Source: a virus. From it: a DNA stretch of 64,000 nucleotides. Under the pieces are notes generated by a model that was not told the DNA's origin, ran no database searches, and saw only the letters and a list, made by a program, of their open reading frames with translations. This document shows positions 27,631-37,760 of the stretch, in pieces. The DNA lies in IMG/VR virus record IMGVR_UViG_3300029240_000001; one strand, written 5' to 3'. The translations under genes and the position numbers were made by a program. How positions within the stretch are numbered: position 1 is the stretch's first letter; every line of letters starts with the position of its first letter.

Positions 27631-28773
27631 ATGGCAAAGAAAAGAAGTAATGGGGAAGGATCGTGGACGCAAAGAGACAATGGCACTTGGAAATTGTCTG
27701 TAGCTTATAAAGGAATAGGAAGAAAATATTTTTACGGGGACAAGCAAACTTGTTTAAAGAAAAAACGTGAATTTGAAGTATTACTTAATAAAAATATCGT
27801 TGGGGATAAGGATATATTATTTGAAGATTTTATTCATTCTTGGCTTTTCACAGTCAAACAGCCAACATTGAAACCTTCATCATTTGATAGAATGGAACGT
27901 GTATTAAAAGAAAAACATGTGACAAGATTATATAATTTAGAAATGAAACAAATAGATGGACATTTAATTCAAACTTTTATTATTAATAAAATGAAAGACG
28001 ATGGGCTCGCATATGAAACAATTAAGAAAACATGTTCTGCATTAGGAGAGATATTCAATTATGCATTACTACGAGAAAAGATTGATAGAAACCCGATGGG
28101 GGAAGTTAGACTACCAAAAAAGTCGCTATTTGTACAAAAAGAAAGAAGATATTTGTCTCAACAAGAAAGAGAAAAATTAATACAAACATGCTATTCTAGG
28201 CATAAAAATGGAGTGCGTATTTATAAGAATGGCGCTTTGTATGTATTTTTACTATATACTGGATGCAGAGTTGGAGAAGCTTTAGCTTTAAGGTGGAGCG
28301 ACATTGATTTTGAAACGCGCACTGCGAAAATTTATAAAACTGTCGCTCGTATCAATGACAGAAGCAAGAGTAAAAATAAGACCATTGAAATTGTATCCAA
28401 TTCTACAAAAACAGGAGTCGCAAGAACTATTTATTTGTCAGACATGGCAATTGCTGCGTTAAGAGACCTGCAAGAGCAGATTGGATGGGAGCCAAACGGA
28501 TACATTGTCCATGCGAATCATACAAAACCAATTTGTAAAGTCGCTGCACAAAACACATTCAATCGCATTGTTAAAAGAGCAGGGATAGAGCATTGTGGAG
28601 TCCATGCGCTCAGGCATTCTTTTGTAAGCCTAATGTTACACAATAATGTCCCACTTGCAATGGTGTCTCAAATGGTGGGGCATCTAAATATAAACATGAC
28701 GCTGCAAGTATATTCTCATCTATTAGACGAAACAAAAATTGAGTCTATGTCAATTATAAAAGACATTAAATAG
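27631..28773 (+). CDS. int: Tyrosine recombinase / phage integrase
   Basis: TGCRVGEALALRW (Arg), HALRHSF (H-x-x-R) and VGHLNINMTLQVYSHL (His...Tyr), with an N-terminal SAM-like domain. Confidence 0.9.
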   Translation: MAKKRSNGEGSWTQRDNGTWKLSVAYKGIGRKYFYGDKQTCLKKKREFEVLLNKNIVGDKDILFEDFIHSWLFTVKQPTLKPSSFDRMERVLKEKHVTRLYNLEMKQIDGHLIQTFIINKMKDDGLAYETIKKTCSALGEIFNYALLREKIDRNPMGEVRLPKKSLFVQKERRYLSQQEREKLIQTCYSRHKNGVRIYKNGALYVFLLYTGCRVGEALALRWSDIDFETRTAKIYKTVARINDRSKSKNKTIEIVSNSTKTGVARTIYLSDMAIAALRDLQEQIGWEPNGYIVHANHTKPICKVAAQNTFNRIVKRAGIEHCGVHALRHSFVSLMLHNNVPLAMVSQMVGHLNINMTLQVYSHLLDETKIESMSIIKDIK

Positions 28774-28878
28774 CAGAATGTTCTTTATAATTGACATTAA
28801 CTACACTCCCCCACTACTGATTTCAAAAAGGTGCTATCACCTTGTTAATTTTAACCATAGTTTTTGCTATAAAGGTGA

Positions 28879-28907
28879 TTGCACTTTTTGGCGAAAAATG
28901 TTATGAT
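28879..28907 (+). promoter_or_regulatory. Candidate promoter for the RHH gene (TTGCAC-17-TATGAT, TG-extended)
   Basis: TTGCAC at 28879-28884, spacer ending TGT, TATGAT at 28902-28907. Confidence 0.5.
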
Positions 28908-28930
28908 ATTCATATAAAGGTGGTGTGAAT

Positions 28931-29092
28931 ATGACATGCAAACCGGGAACAAAATCCATTACATTTAGGCTTCCAGAAGAAGAAAAATTCCAAATAGAGC
29001 TTGCAGCTCACGCAGAGAATAGGTCAGTGAATAATTGGATACTAAATGTGATTAGAATCCATTTAAAAGCGCAGCAGGGCGCAAAAAAATAG
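28931..29092 (+). CDS. Ribbon-helix-helix (Arc/CopG-like) small DNA-binding protein, 53 aa
   Basis: RBS AAAGGTGGTG. KSITFRLPEEEKFQIELAAHAENRSVNNWILNVI is the typical RHH beta-strand plus two helices. Below the track cut-off. Confidence 0.55.
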   Translation: MTCKPGTKSITFRLPEEEKFQIELAAHAENRSVNNWILNVIRIHLKAQQGAKK

Positions 29093-29119
29093 GGACTAGA
29101 GATTTTACTCTCTAGTCCC
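29083..29119 (-). terminator. Intrinsic terminator ending the late (minus-strand) arm; overlaps the 3' end of the RHH gene
   Basis: 10-bp perfect stem (GGGACTAGAG / CTCTAGTCCC). On the minus strand it is followed by TATTTTTTT. Confidence 0.7.
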
Positions 29120-29129
29120 TAAACGTTTA

Positions 29130-29648
29130 TTATGCTTTCAACCAATCTTGGCTCTCATAATATTTCGTAATTGTATGATATAGTTCTGACCCCATAGAAT
29201 TACAATGAAGCTCATTAATGTACTTTGAATAAATTTCATCAATATGATTCTTTTCTTCTGGATACAATTTTATTCCACGAGCACATCTAGACGCACATTC
29301 AGACAACTCTGCCTTGATCCGATCCCGCTCATTTTCAAAGACTCTATTGTCAAGCGTACACAACTTAGAATCAACGTTATTCAGTCTCGTATCAACATCT
29401 TTTAGATGATTGATAATTTGTTCATCCGCTTTCTTGCTTTTCGTTTCTTGCTGATCAATCTTGTATTCTAAATTATTAAGCTGCTTCGTATGAGCTTTCA
29501 TCGTATTAGTTAGCTCCTCGGCATTTGTTGTGTTTCTGAGCCATGTTTCTATTTTTTTTCTTATTGGTTTAATCAGAACGCCCAAGAACGCAACGATTAC
29601 CATAATCCCGCTTATTAGGCTGGATATGTTTGTAATTAAATCTATCAT
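29130..29648 (-). CDS. Membrane-anchored coiled-coil protein of unknown function
   Basis: N-terminal hydrophobic helix (ISSLISGIMVIVAFLGVLI), then a long charged helical region. Last gene of the late arm. Confidence 0.5.
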   Translation of the reverse strand: MIDLITNISSLISGIMVIVAFLGVLIKPIRKKIETWLRNTTNAEELTNTMKAHTKQLNNLEYKIDQQETKSKKADEQIINHLKDVDTRLNNVDSKLCTLDNRVFENERDRIKAELSECASRCARGIKLYPEEKNHIDEIYSKYINELHCNSMGSELYHTITKYYESQDWLKA

Positions 29649-29675
29649 TGTTTATATCACTCCAAACAATATAAT

Positions 29676-31460
29676 TTATTCTCCTTTTAATATATCAATC
29701 TCGCGCTGAAGTTCTTGGCATTTTTTTACTAGTAACGGAATAATCTCATCATAGGCTAATGAATAGTTTTTATGTTCTTTTGTACTTTCATCTTCGTCAT
29801 AATGAACAATTCCCGTTTTCTGTTTTGATTCATTTGAACTTAATAGTACTTGCTCTACATCTTGTGCGATAAATCCATAATGTATTGTATCAGAATCGTC
29901 ATTATTTAACACATACTGGACTGGTTTTAGCTTGTCAATGATATCAATACCAATATCATCAATGTTTCGCCTTAAATTTCTATCAGAATCCACTTGTGGA
30001 GACGAAGCAAAACTTGCTGCCCATTCACAGCGAAATAACCCTTTGTTGTCAGCTTGTTTTTGTGCAAAACTACCAATTGCAATTGAGCTATTGTCACCAG
30101 AAATATTTAATGGTACATTCTTTGTCCCAACATTTGTGTAAAACATAGCGTATTGACCAACACTGTCAGAGATAACAATTTTGAAATCATATGCGGTGTC
30201 TACAGCGAAAGAAGCATTTTTATACGTATATGTGTAGCTAGTTCTATCACTCGCGTCATCTTTCACAACAACACTATTTGATTCGGAATACGTAGCATCT
30301 GAACGTTTTTTACTATATGCTTTAATTTTGATATTGTTATTGCCACCTAACGTATAAAACGACGCATTTAACTGGTGCGTAACATATTGCCCAGACCCAT
30401 TCATGCCACCATCTGCGTTGCTTCTAAACGAAGTTATTGAAGTAATAGTTGGGGGATTATAATCGATTATTGTAATTTCTCCTGTTGTGCTTGCTGTTCT
30501 CCCACGACTATCTGTAACAGTGACTGTATAAGTTTGTTTGCCAGCTACAGTTAGAGTATTACTCGTCATACTATATGAAGTTGCTGAACCAGTTTTAGTC
30601 TCGGATAAGTTCTGCCCATTAATCACACATTTCGTGATAGTAGAACCATATGACCCGACAGCATACACTGTCCACGTAACAGCAGAATTGTTTTTAACAT
30701 ACATTCCACATCCAGAAGGATTTGTCCTAGCAATAGATGAAGTAAAACTATTGATAGAAGGTTTCATACTATTCGGAACATATAATATAAAATTAATTGT
30801 TTTTTCTCCAATTAGTGTTCCGCCATTGTAAGTAAGACATTTTAACGTACCAGTTCCATACCACGAATTTGGAATTTGTCGTGCCAATTCACGTGATGGT
30901 GTCCAACTAACAGATGAGCTTGAAGTATTTATAGCAATAGTACCAGACTTATTACCAAATTTATACTCTAATGTATGTGTAAAAGAAGATACCGCTTTTG
31001 AAATGCTAATTGTTATTAGTGAACCTATAGTCGTGCCAGACACACTAATACTTGAAGCTCTTGGAATCTGTGGTAAGTTAACATAATAATCATACCTTGT
31101 GCTACTAATGGCATAAGTATAAATAGCTGCCTCTGCCCACGCGGAGAATGATTGCTTGCCATCAGAATTGTGCGTTAAAGTAAAGCTGCCAGAATCAAGA
31201 ACTTCACCAACATGCATTGCAAACCTGTCCGCACGGCTATAAACTGTAACACCTGCGATACTAACAGTTACAGGGCCTGTCATAACATAGCGAGATGAGC
31301 TCTCGGTTCCCCCAGCAGACATAACAGTCCAATATATTGTAGATGTATTGTTTGCGACACTTTGCGATGAAGACCATTCTACTCTAATTCTATCTGGATA
31401 TAAGCTTCCAGCAGCATTATATACACTTGTTTCAAACGCACCACTTGATGCAGTTGCCAT
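29676..31460 (-). CDS. Tail fibre / receptor-binding protein with C-terminal S74-type intramolecular chaperone
   Basis: C-terminus SDRNLRRNIDDI...KLKPVQYVLNN...HYGFIAQDVEQVL...YSLAYDEIIPLLVKKCQELQREIDILK is characteristic of the endosialidase-chaperone (Peptidase_S74) domain. S/T-rich beta-rich body. Confidence 0.7.
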   Translation of the reverse strand: MATASSGAFETSVYNAAGSLYPDRIRVEWSSSQSVANNTSTIYWTVMSAGGTESSSRYVMTGPVTVSIAGVTVYSRADRFAMHVGEVLDSGSFTLTHNSDGKQSFSAWAEAAIYTYAISSTRYDYYVNLPQIPRASSISVSGTTIGSLITISISKAVSSFTHTLEYKFGNKSGTIAINTSSSSVSWTPSRELARQIPNSWYGTGTLKCLTYNGGTLIGEKTINFILYVPNSMKPSINSFTSSIARTNPSGCGMYVKNNSAVTWTVYAVGSYGSTITKCVINGQNLSETKTGSATSYSMTSNTLTVAGKQTYTVTVTDSRGRTASTTGEITIIDYNPPTITSITSFRSNADGGMNGSGQYVTHQLNASFYTLGGNNNIKIKAYSKKRSDATYSESNSVVVKDDASDRTSYTYTYKNASFAVDTAYDFKIVISDSVGQYAMFYTNVGTKNVPLNISGDNSSIAIGSFAQKQADNKGLFRCEWAASFASSPQVDSDRNLRRNIDDIGIDIIDKLKPVQYVLNNDDSDTIHYGFIAQDVEQVLLSSNESKQKTGIVHYDEDESTKEHKNYSLAYDEIIPLLVKKCQELQREIDILKGE

Positions 31461-31477
31461 AAAATATCACCTCCATG

Positions 31478-34400
31478 TTATTGTATTGCAACAATAGACA
31501 AGCTTCCATTGCTTTCTATTTGAAGCTTAAAATTGCCTAAAGAAATAGATGATAGTTTCTCTTCTGTGCCAACTTTTAAACTACCCTCAATTTCTGCTTG
31601 TTTCATGTATGCAGTATCATTCGCAAAATAAGTAATTGGAATACCAAATTTAATTTCTGGATCTGCAAAATTTTCACCAATTGAACTTATCGGCTTATAT
31701 TGGGCAGACAAAAAATCTGGATTTTTATAATAGTCGTAATAAGTATCATTGTTTTCTTGGTGGATATATAAAATATAATCATAATTATTATATCTATTGC
31801 TTTGTGTTGGTTCAGACTCTACTGTTATAATTCTCGCCTTACGACAGAATTCAATTCTTTGTGCAGAAACTCTTGAGAAATATTCTCCAGAACCGTTGTT
31901 TTCGCCAACAACTAAACCATTATCGCCATCAAAACTAAAGAAAGAAAGCTTCTCGGCTGCGTCGCCTTTATTCATAGTTACTGTTCCGTCTTTATCAACC
32001 ATAAAAGCATAGGAACCATCTTCCTGCTCGCCAATACAAATTTGGCCACCAACTATACTACTACCTTCGACCAGTCCAGCACGAACACAGCCTGCTAGAA
32101 TGCCCCAATATTCTTCTCCATTAATAGTATAATTACCAAATACAGACTTAGTCGTCTGGAAATTGTCGTCTGAGTATAGGAATTTATTATTGGTAATCCA
32201 GCCCTCATGATTATCTAATACGCCATCTACAACTTTACGAAGGTGAATACCATAATTATCCCACGACACACTTTGTCCAGCAGAATTTGATTTAATTGAA
32301 GTCGTTGCGTCAATTAATCCGTTTCTAATTCTCTCATCAATAGCAGTGGCTACGTCATAACCCTTTTGCCAATAAGAAGAACCACTAGCAACTGCTTTAC
32401 CAGCGCTAACTGCTTGAGACAACAAGTCAGCATGAATATCGCCCTGATCCTTCGCTGATAGTAAGTCTCCAAAAGTACATGAGAAATTACTTAAATCAGA
32501 AAAATTAAGCTGAACTTCGAGCAACCTTGCTTTCTTTATAAAGTTATCTCTCAGTTTAACTTTGACAAAATTGCCAAGGCTAAACTGATTTAGAATAGGG
32601 GCGAACTCAGGCATAGCATAGATATTTCTCATAGAAGCAGAGAAAGACAACTTCGGTTGAGAAATCTTTTTGAGTTCTTTTTGTCCAGCGACTAATAATT
32701 CTTTCTGCGTATTAATCTTATCTAAGTCAGTATCAATTTCTGAAACATAGAAGCAATCATCCGAATATTCGTCCTCTCTTAGAAACAGGGACAATCTATC
32801 CAAATTCTCTGGAGTAAAGTTTTTATTAACGCTTATGTCCTCTGATATTAACGTGATTTCATCATTTACTTTTTGGATCTCCGCTTGAATATCTTCAACC
32901 TTTTTTTGTTTATTCTCTAGTTCTTTATTAATGGCATTAAGCTTATTAAGATTATTTATATAAGCTTTGTATTCATCACTATCTGCGTCCTTTTTGTCCC
33001 ATTCAGCAGCAATTTGTACATCTTGGATTGACAAGTATATATCTTTTTTTTCTTTGAGAGAATTAATACCTTCTGCCCCAACAACTAAGTTTCTTTCATT
33101 CCAAACATAAGTATACTTTTGTTCATCTTTGCCCGTCTGCTCGTTCTTCACAATAGACACTTTAATCTCGCATACATAATACTTAGAAGCAACTTCATTT
33201 CCATTGTTATCTTGGTTGACTATTTTATAAACTTCACCAAGGTTATCTATACTTGCTTCTGGCAAATAAAGTCCTGCTTGTTCAAAATTCTCTGGAGTAA
33301 CAATCTTTTCTGTAATTTTATATTCGTCAGGGACAGAATTTTCTTCAGTTAACTGACTGTCTATAAGTTCGTATAGCCTTTTTAATGTTTCAGTATAGCC
33401 TTCTACCCACACAACATAATCTCCGGCTTTTGGTTCATAGGAGTCAAGTTTGGGGTAGACATCTGTAATTAATATTTGGCCATCTCCAGCATCAGATTCA
33501 ACTACTTCAACTACCAGCAATGCGTTTTCTACCTCAATAGTTTTTACAATAAGTTTATCTCCATTTTCAAGTGGGGCATACACCGTCAATGTTTTTGTAG
33601 TTTTGTTGTACAGATATCCATTTTCGCCTTCTGAAATTGTTTCAGTTAACATCGAATCAGGGGATTTCTTTTCAACGATATGCTTTGAACCAATGTCGTT
33701 TTGTAGCACGAAATGATTATCTAAAAATTCAGCGGAAACTGTATCTCCAATTCCTAAACTAGTGGTAATAGTTAATATGCTAGAATTAAATGTGTAATCT
33801 TCAGTAATATTGTCATTAATTCTAACAGAAGTTAATGCTTTATTACTATTTGAAACAACAAATGATTTGTTAATAGTTTTAAACAAAACTATATCGTCCT
33901 GACTGAGCCTACTATCATTAACAACTAAACTATTTTCATTTTTGTCATAAGTATAATCCTTAACGTCAACAGTTAGCTCTTGTGTCTTCCCGTCATTTGA
34001 CTGGCGCAAAATACACACTGCCGCAATATTTTCATTTGCAGATAATTGTTTAACATCGAAATGAGTGTCAATAGACGCTACAACCACAGAGCTATTTATC
34101 AAAAGATTGTCCAGAGAAATAGTTAATTTTTTAGTACTATAATCGTACTCATATTGTTTAACACCAATTTCTTTGCCATCAACGAGCACAGATACTATTT
34201 TGTCTTTTGGCAGAGATAGAGAAAAAGATTTTGGAACAAATTCTATTACAATTTGTTCTCCACTAAACAATAAGTCTAAATTAGAAACTGTGACAACATT
34301 ATCCGAAAAAGTGTAGTTAACTTTCTGAGAATTAATTTTGACAGATAATATTTGTTTATCGTACTGTTGGCTTTCAAACTTATTATTAACTAAATTTATA

Positions 34401-36592
34401 ACAACTCTATCGCTTGGATTTAATTCATTTATTGTTAAAATATTTCCATCCAAATTATATCCCTGCTGCTTCTCGCCATTTACCATTACTGACACAATTT
34501 CCTTGTCGTAATCATCGGATAAATCAAACTGCGTATCAATTGATTCAACTTTAATAGTATCTCCTACGGACAGACCATTGATAGTTAGTTGTGCTCCGTC
34601 CAGTTCATACTTAGAAGAATCCGTGCCATTTATCTCCACGGAAACGACTTTGTCTCGAAGTTTTTCTAAAGTAAAACGATTTTGAATATATTCTACTTCA
34701 ATAATGCTTCCATATTTTATTGCGTCAGTGTCATTAATAGTAATAGTTGACCCAGTAGTGTTCACAGTATATTTAACATCATTTCCATCAACTTTAACAG
34801 CAGCTATAGCATATTCGTTTGGAATAGACACCTGAACGATTGTAAACAGTGTACCACTCGGTGTGTTGATTTCTATTTCGTCACCAACCGCCAACGCGAT
34901 ATTGACGATTAAATATTTTTTATTGCCACTTGTCACATAAGAATATTCAGATGACGTTAACTCGCGAGCGCCATTAATAATAATCTTGCTGTCTTTTGTA
35001 ATCACGCTCTCTATTACGAACTTATTCTCACATGTGATTACTTCAACTGTATTACCAGTTGTTAACAAAGACTTATTAATGATTTCTAAATTGTTGTTTG
35101 AATATTTATAGTTGGTATTATTTACTTCTTTGCCTTCAATTTTTACAATGCTATTCTCATTGAAGTTAAAATCTGATGGAAGAGTAAATATATATGATCC
35201 ATCGAAAGTGAAAGTTGCAACATCTTCTTGTGCAGTTATCGTTTCGACCTGCATATTTGGCTCATTAAAAGTTTCATTTTTGCTATCAACAACAATCTCT
35301 TCAGTTTCGCTGTTAATTTTATATTCCTTAATAACTTTATCTATATTATATGAAACGGTATCTCCATTTACATTGAATTGTTCTTGTGCGCTTTGTACGG
35401 GGAGCTGTTGTACACCGCCAGCAACAAAATCCTCTTTTGTCGTCTTTACATCAAAATATTCTTCTGCTGATCCGCTAATGTCCTTGTTATAGAATCCGCT
35501 CATGTACTTAGACTGCTTGTCCATGTAATATTTGTATTCTTTGTAAAGGTTATCCCCCATCCACTCTGGAGTACAATAATAATCCAAATTCATAATAGAA
35601 GATAGCCCAAAATTAACATTTCGAATATCTAAATCATCTGCGCCTTTCACAGCAAGAACTGTTTTAATGTCATCCGCAGAATAGTTCACCTTCATGTCAT
35701 TAGAAAGGTTTTCAAATGAAACAATGACGTCAGTATCATATTTATGCTTAAATTCATTAGAGACCTCAATAATGTCTCCCTGTGCGGGGATATTATTAAA
35801 AGACAGTTCTTTTGTGTCCTGATTATACTTATATTCAGTTACAACATGTCCATTAATTGTAATTTCTGTGTCTGCAGAAACACCACCTTGCAACTTAAAA
35901 CTATTCGTTTTTCCATCGCCAATAAACCGTTCTGCTTCATTTTCTGCATAGATATTGACTCTGTTATTAATTGTGTCAAATTCTGCGTAGCACTTGAACG
36001 TTTCGCACATGTCGTTCATAATAAAGTCATAAATAGATTGACGATCAATTTCAAAACTACGGCCTTGATTTTTTAGCTCATCGTCTACATGTCCAACTGT
36101 CCAACCATATGCCTTTTGAAGTACAAGATGAATTAAGCTATGCGCAATATTTTTTGGATTGTATAGCACAACTTCATCAATACTACTAACTGCGCCTTCA
36201 ACGTCACTTGCGTTGATAGTAAAGTTCTCAAGATATCTTTGAGACAAAGAATACTCTAGCGAATAAGCATTAATATGTTTATACTCTTGAATACCATTAC
36301 CATCAATCTCTGGGTCTTGCAATTGGAAATAACCAAAGCCTTCTAGATACACAAGCCTAAGTCCTTCAACATAATCATAGTACGGCGTTGGCTTTGTCTC
36401 TCCAGTAATAATATCGCAATAAATAGAAGGAACATCAAATGAAATTTCACTATATGAGTTAAATTTGAAAGTACCTTCTAGATTAGTCACATTTAATTTA
36501 CAAATCTTTTCTTTGTTTGTCTGGCACAAAACTACATTTGGGGCACGATAAGTGTCAGACAATAAGTCTTTTGGTAGTTGCATTTCTTTCAC
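31478..36592 (-). CDS. Tal-like large minor structural / tail-tip protein (1704 aa) with internal degenerate repeats
   Basis: Position immediately after Dit. The N-terminal region resembles prophage tail endopeptidase / minor structural N-terminal domains. Central ~45-50-aa repeats and a coiled coil. Confidence 0.65.
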   Translation of the reverse strand: MKEMQLPKDLLSDTYRAPNVVLCQTNKEKICKLNVTNLEGTFKFNSYSEISFDVPSIYCDIITGETKPTPYYDYVEGLRLVYLEGFGYFQLQDPEIDGNGIQEYKHINAYSLEYSLSQRYLENFTINASDVEGAVSSIDEVVLYNPKNIAHSLIHLVLQKAYGWTVGHVDDELKNQGRSFEIDRQSIYDFIMNDMCETFKCYAEFDTINNRVNIYAENEAERFIGDGKTNSFKLQGGVSADTEITINGHVVTEYKYNQDTKELSFNNIPAQGDIIEVSNEFKHKYDTDVIVSFENLSNDMKVNYSADDIKTVLAVKGADDLDIRNVNFGLSSIMNLDYYCTPEWMGDNLYKEYKYYMDKQSKYMSGFYNKDISGSAEEYFDVKTTKEDFVAGGVQQLPVQSAQEQFNVNGDTVSYNIDKVIKEYKINSETEEIVVDSKNETFNEPNMQVETITAQEDVATFTFDGSYIFTLPSDFNFNENSIVKIEGKEVNNTNYKYSNNNLEIINKSLLTTGNTVEVITCENKFVIESVITKDSKIIINGARELTSSEYSYVTSGNKKYLIVNIALAVGDEIEINTPSGTLFTIVQVSIPNEYAIAAVKVDGNDVKYTVNTTGSTITINDTDAIKYGSIIEVEYIQNRFTLEKLRDKVVSVEINGTDSSKYELDGAQLTINGLSVGDTIKVESIDTQFDLSDDYDKEIVSVMVNGEKQQGYNLDGNILTINELNPSDRVVINLVNNKFESQQYDKQILSVKINSQKVNYTFSDNVVTVSNLDLLFSGEQIVIEFVPKSFSLSLPKDKIVSVLVDGKEIGVKQYEYDYSTKKLTISLDNLLINSSVVVASIDTHFDVKQLSANENIAAVCILRQSNDGKTQELTVDVKDYTYDKNENSLVVNDSRLSQDDIVLFKTINKSFVVSNSNKALTSVRINDNITEDYTFNSSILTITTSLGIGDTVSAEFLDNHFVLQNDIGSKHIVEKKSPDSMLTETISEGENGYLYNKTTKTLTVYAPLENGDKLIVKTIEVENALLVVEVVESDAGDGQILITDVYPKLDSYEPKAGDYVVWVEGYTETLKRLYELIDSQLTEENSVPDEYKITEKIVTPENFEQAGLYLPEASIDNLGEVYKIVNQDNNGNEVASKYYVCEIKVSIVKNEQTGKDEQKYTYVWNERNLVVGAEGINSLKEKKDIYLSIQDVQIAAEWDKKDADSDEYKAYINNLNKLNAINKELENKQKKVEDIQAEIQKVNDEITLISEDISVNKNFTPENLDRLSLFLREDEYSDDCFYVSEIDTDLDKINTQKELLVAGQKELKKISQPKLSFSASMRNIYAMPEFAPILNQFSLGNFVKVKLRDNFIKKARLLEVQLNFSDLSNFSCTFGDLLSAKDQGDIHADLLSQAVSAGKAVASGSSYWQKGYDVATAIDERIRNGLIDATTSIKSNSAGQSVSWDNYGIHLRKVVDGVLDNHEGWITNNKFLYSDDNFQTTKSVFGNYTINGEEYWGILAGCVRAGLVEGSSIVGGQICIGEQEDGSYAFMVDKDGTVTMNKGDAAEKLSFFSFDGDNGLVVGENNGSGEYFSRVSAQRIEFCRKARIITVESEPTQSNRYNNYDYILYIHQENNDTYYDYYKNPDFLSAQYKPISSIGENFADPEIKFGIPITYFANDTAYMKQAEIEGSLKVGTEEKLSSISLGNFKLQIESNGSLSIVAIQ
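33540..35230 (-). repeat. About a dozen degenerate ~45-50-aa protein repeats inside the Tal-like gene
   Basis: Recurrent pattern ...F.(V/L)......I.SV.(I/V)NG......Y......LTI..L..GD.I.VE... seen repeatedly in the translation. Confidence 0.55.
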
Positions 36593-36601
36593 CTGCCTTT
36601 G

Positions 36602-37693
36602 TTATGAAATACTTACTTGTCGTATAGGTTTATTAATAATTAACTCTCCGTTTACGACCTCTGCATCAAATTCATTAAATGGGCATACGCTTCCATCGTC
36701 TTCAAGCGTAAGCACGCCATTCGAAACGTCCGTACCAATTTCTAACTTCACGTCCTTGAGTTCTCCTCTTACAATCATTTTGTGTCCCTCAACTTTGATA
36801 TTAGTCCAAATTGGAGGGTTCTTTGTTGTATCGCCTTTAATTTTTAATACCTTGCCTTCTACCCAAACGGTTAATCCATCTTTTAGGTCATAATCATTTA
36901 ATAGCCCATCTGCTACCTTCATTGGGTATCTGAACTCAATTTTTAATGTCCCAGATCCATTTGCTGAAAAGTAATTAGTTCCGGGCAGCAATGTTGGGAA
37001 TATAAAATTGAAATCATCGTCAAAGATTCTCTTGTCGTTCGTAGAATATACAACGAAGTTACTATCTATTGTAACCGTTTCGTCCTGTTGCAATTTTTCA
37101 AATTTCGTTTCGTTATTTAATGACTTATTTTTAATAAGCAAGCTCCCATTGTTTGAACTATTCTGAAATGTTACCTTCGGATAAATATAAGAATAAATGT
37201 CATCACTTTGGTTGTCTATTGCAAATTCAGTTTCTCCTGCAATTTTGATTTCTACAGGATATACTTTTGAATACGCCCACGGACTTACTGCAGTAAACGT
37301 AGCTACGACTCCAATAACTCTCGCGTCCATTTTCTGAAGCTGTACATTCGTGAATCTACCAAGATATGAACACACAACGTCTCCATCTTTGTCGCAGACA
37401 TCCATCCATGCGTTGCTTCTAGAACCAGTAAGCCAGCGCAATGTATTTCTAACTTTGTATGGGCCAATATCAGACCCATCTACTTCTACAAATGTTACAG
37501 ACGGAGTTGCGACAGAATTATATTTTGCGCCATAGTCTGTGCGCATTGTGCCATCATAGCTATCAGTAAAAACTGGCTCCATATCTAAGTATGAATCTAC
37601 TGTGCCGTTATCTGGATTGAATGTGCTTACAACAAGTTCTAAATCATAATTTGTTTGATTGCGGAAACGAATTTTAGGATGATATATCGCCAA
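36602..37693 (-). CDS. Distal tail protein (Dit)-like tail component
   Basis: 363 aa, located directly between the tape-measure and Tal-like genes (canonical TMP-Dit-Tal order). Confidence 0.55.
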   Translation of the reverse strand: MAIYHPKIRFRNQTNYDLELVVSTFNPDNGTVDSYLDMEPVFTDSYDGTMRTDYGAKYNSVATPSVTFVEVDGSDIGPYKVRNTLRWLTGSRSNAWMDVCDKDGDVVCSYLGRFTNVQLQKMDARVIGVVATFTAVSPWAYSKVYPVEIKIAGETEFAIDNQSDDIYSYIYPKVTFQNSSNNGSLLIKNKSLNNETKFEKLQQDETVTIDSNFVVYSTNDKRIFDDDFNFIFPTLLPGTNYFSANGSGTLKIEFRYPMKVADGLLNDYDLKDGLTVWVEGKVLKIKGDTTKNPPIWTNIKVEGHKMIVRGELKDVKLEIGTDVSNGVLTLEDDGSVCPFNEFDAEVVNGELIINKPIRQVSIS

Positions 37694-37732
37694 GATATCA
37701 CACCTCCTACTAACTACTTGAAATTATATAAA

Positions 37733-37760
37733 TAGGAGAGAGCTGTTGTGCTCTCTCCTA
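37733..37760 (-). terminator. Hairpin (possible attenuator) between the tape-measure and Dit genes
   Basis: AGGAGAGAGC / GCTCTCTCCT 10-bp stem with a 6-nt loop. On the minus strand it is followed by ATTTATATAATTT. Confidence 0.45.
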
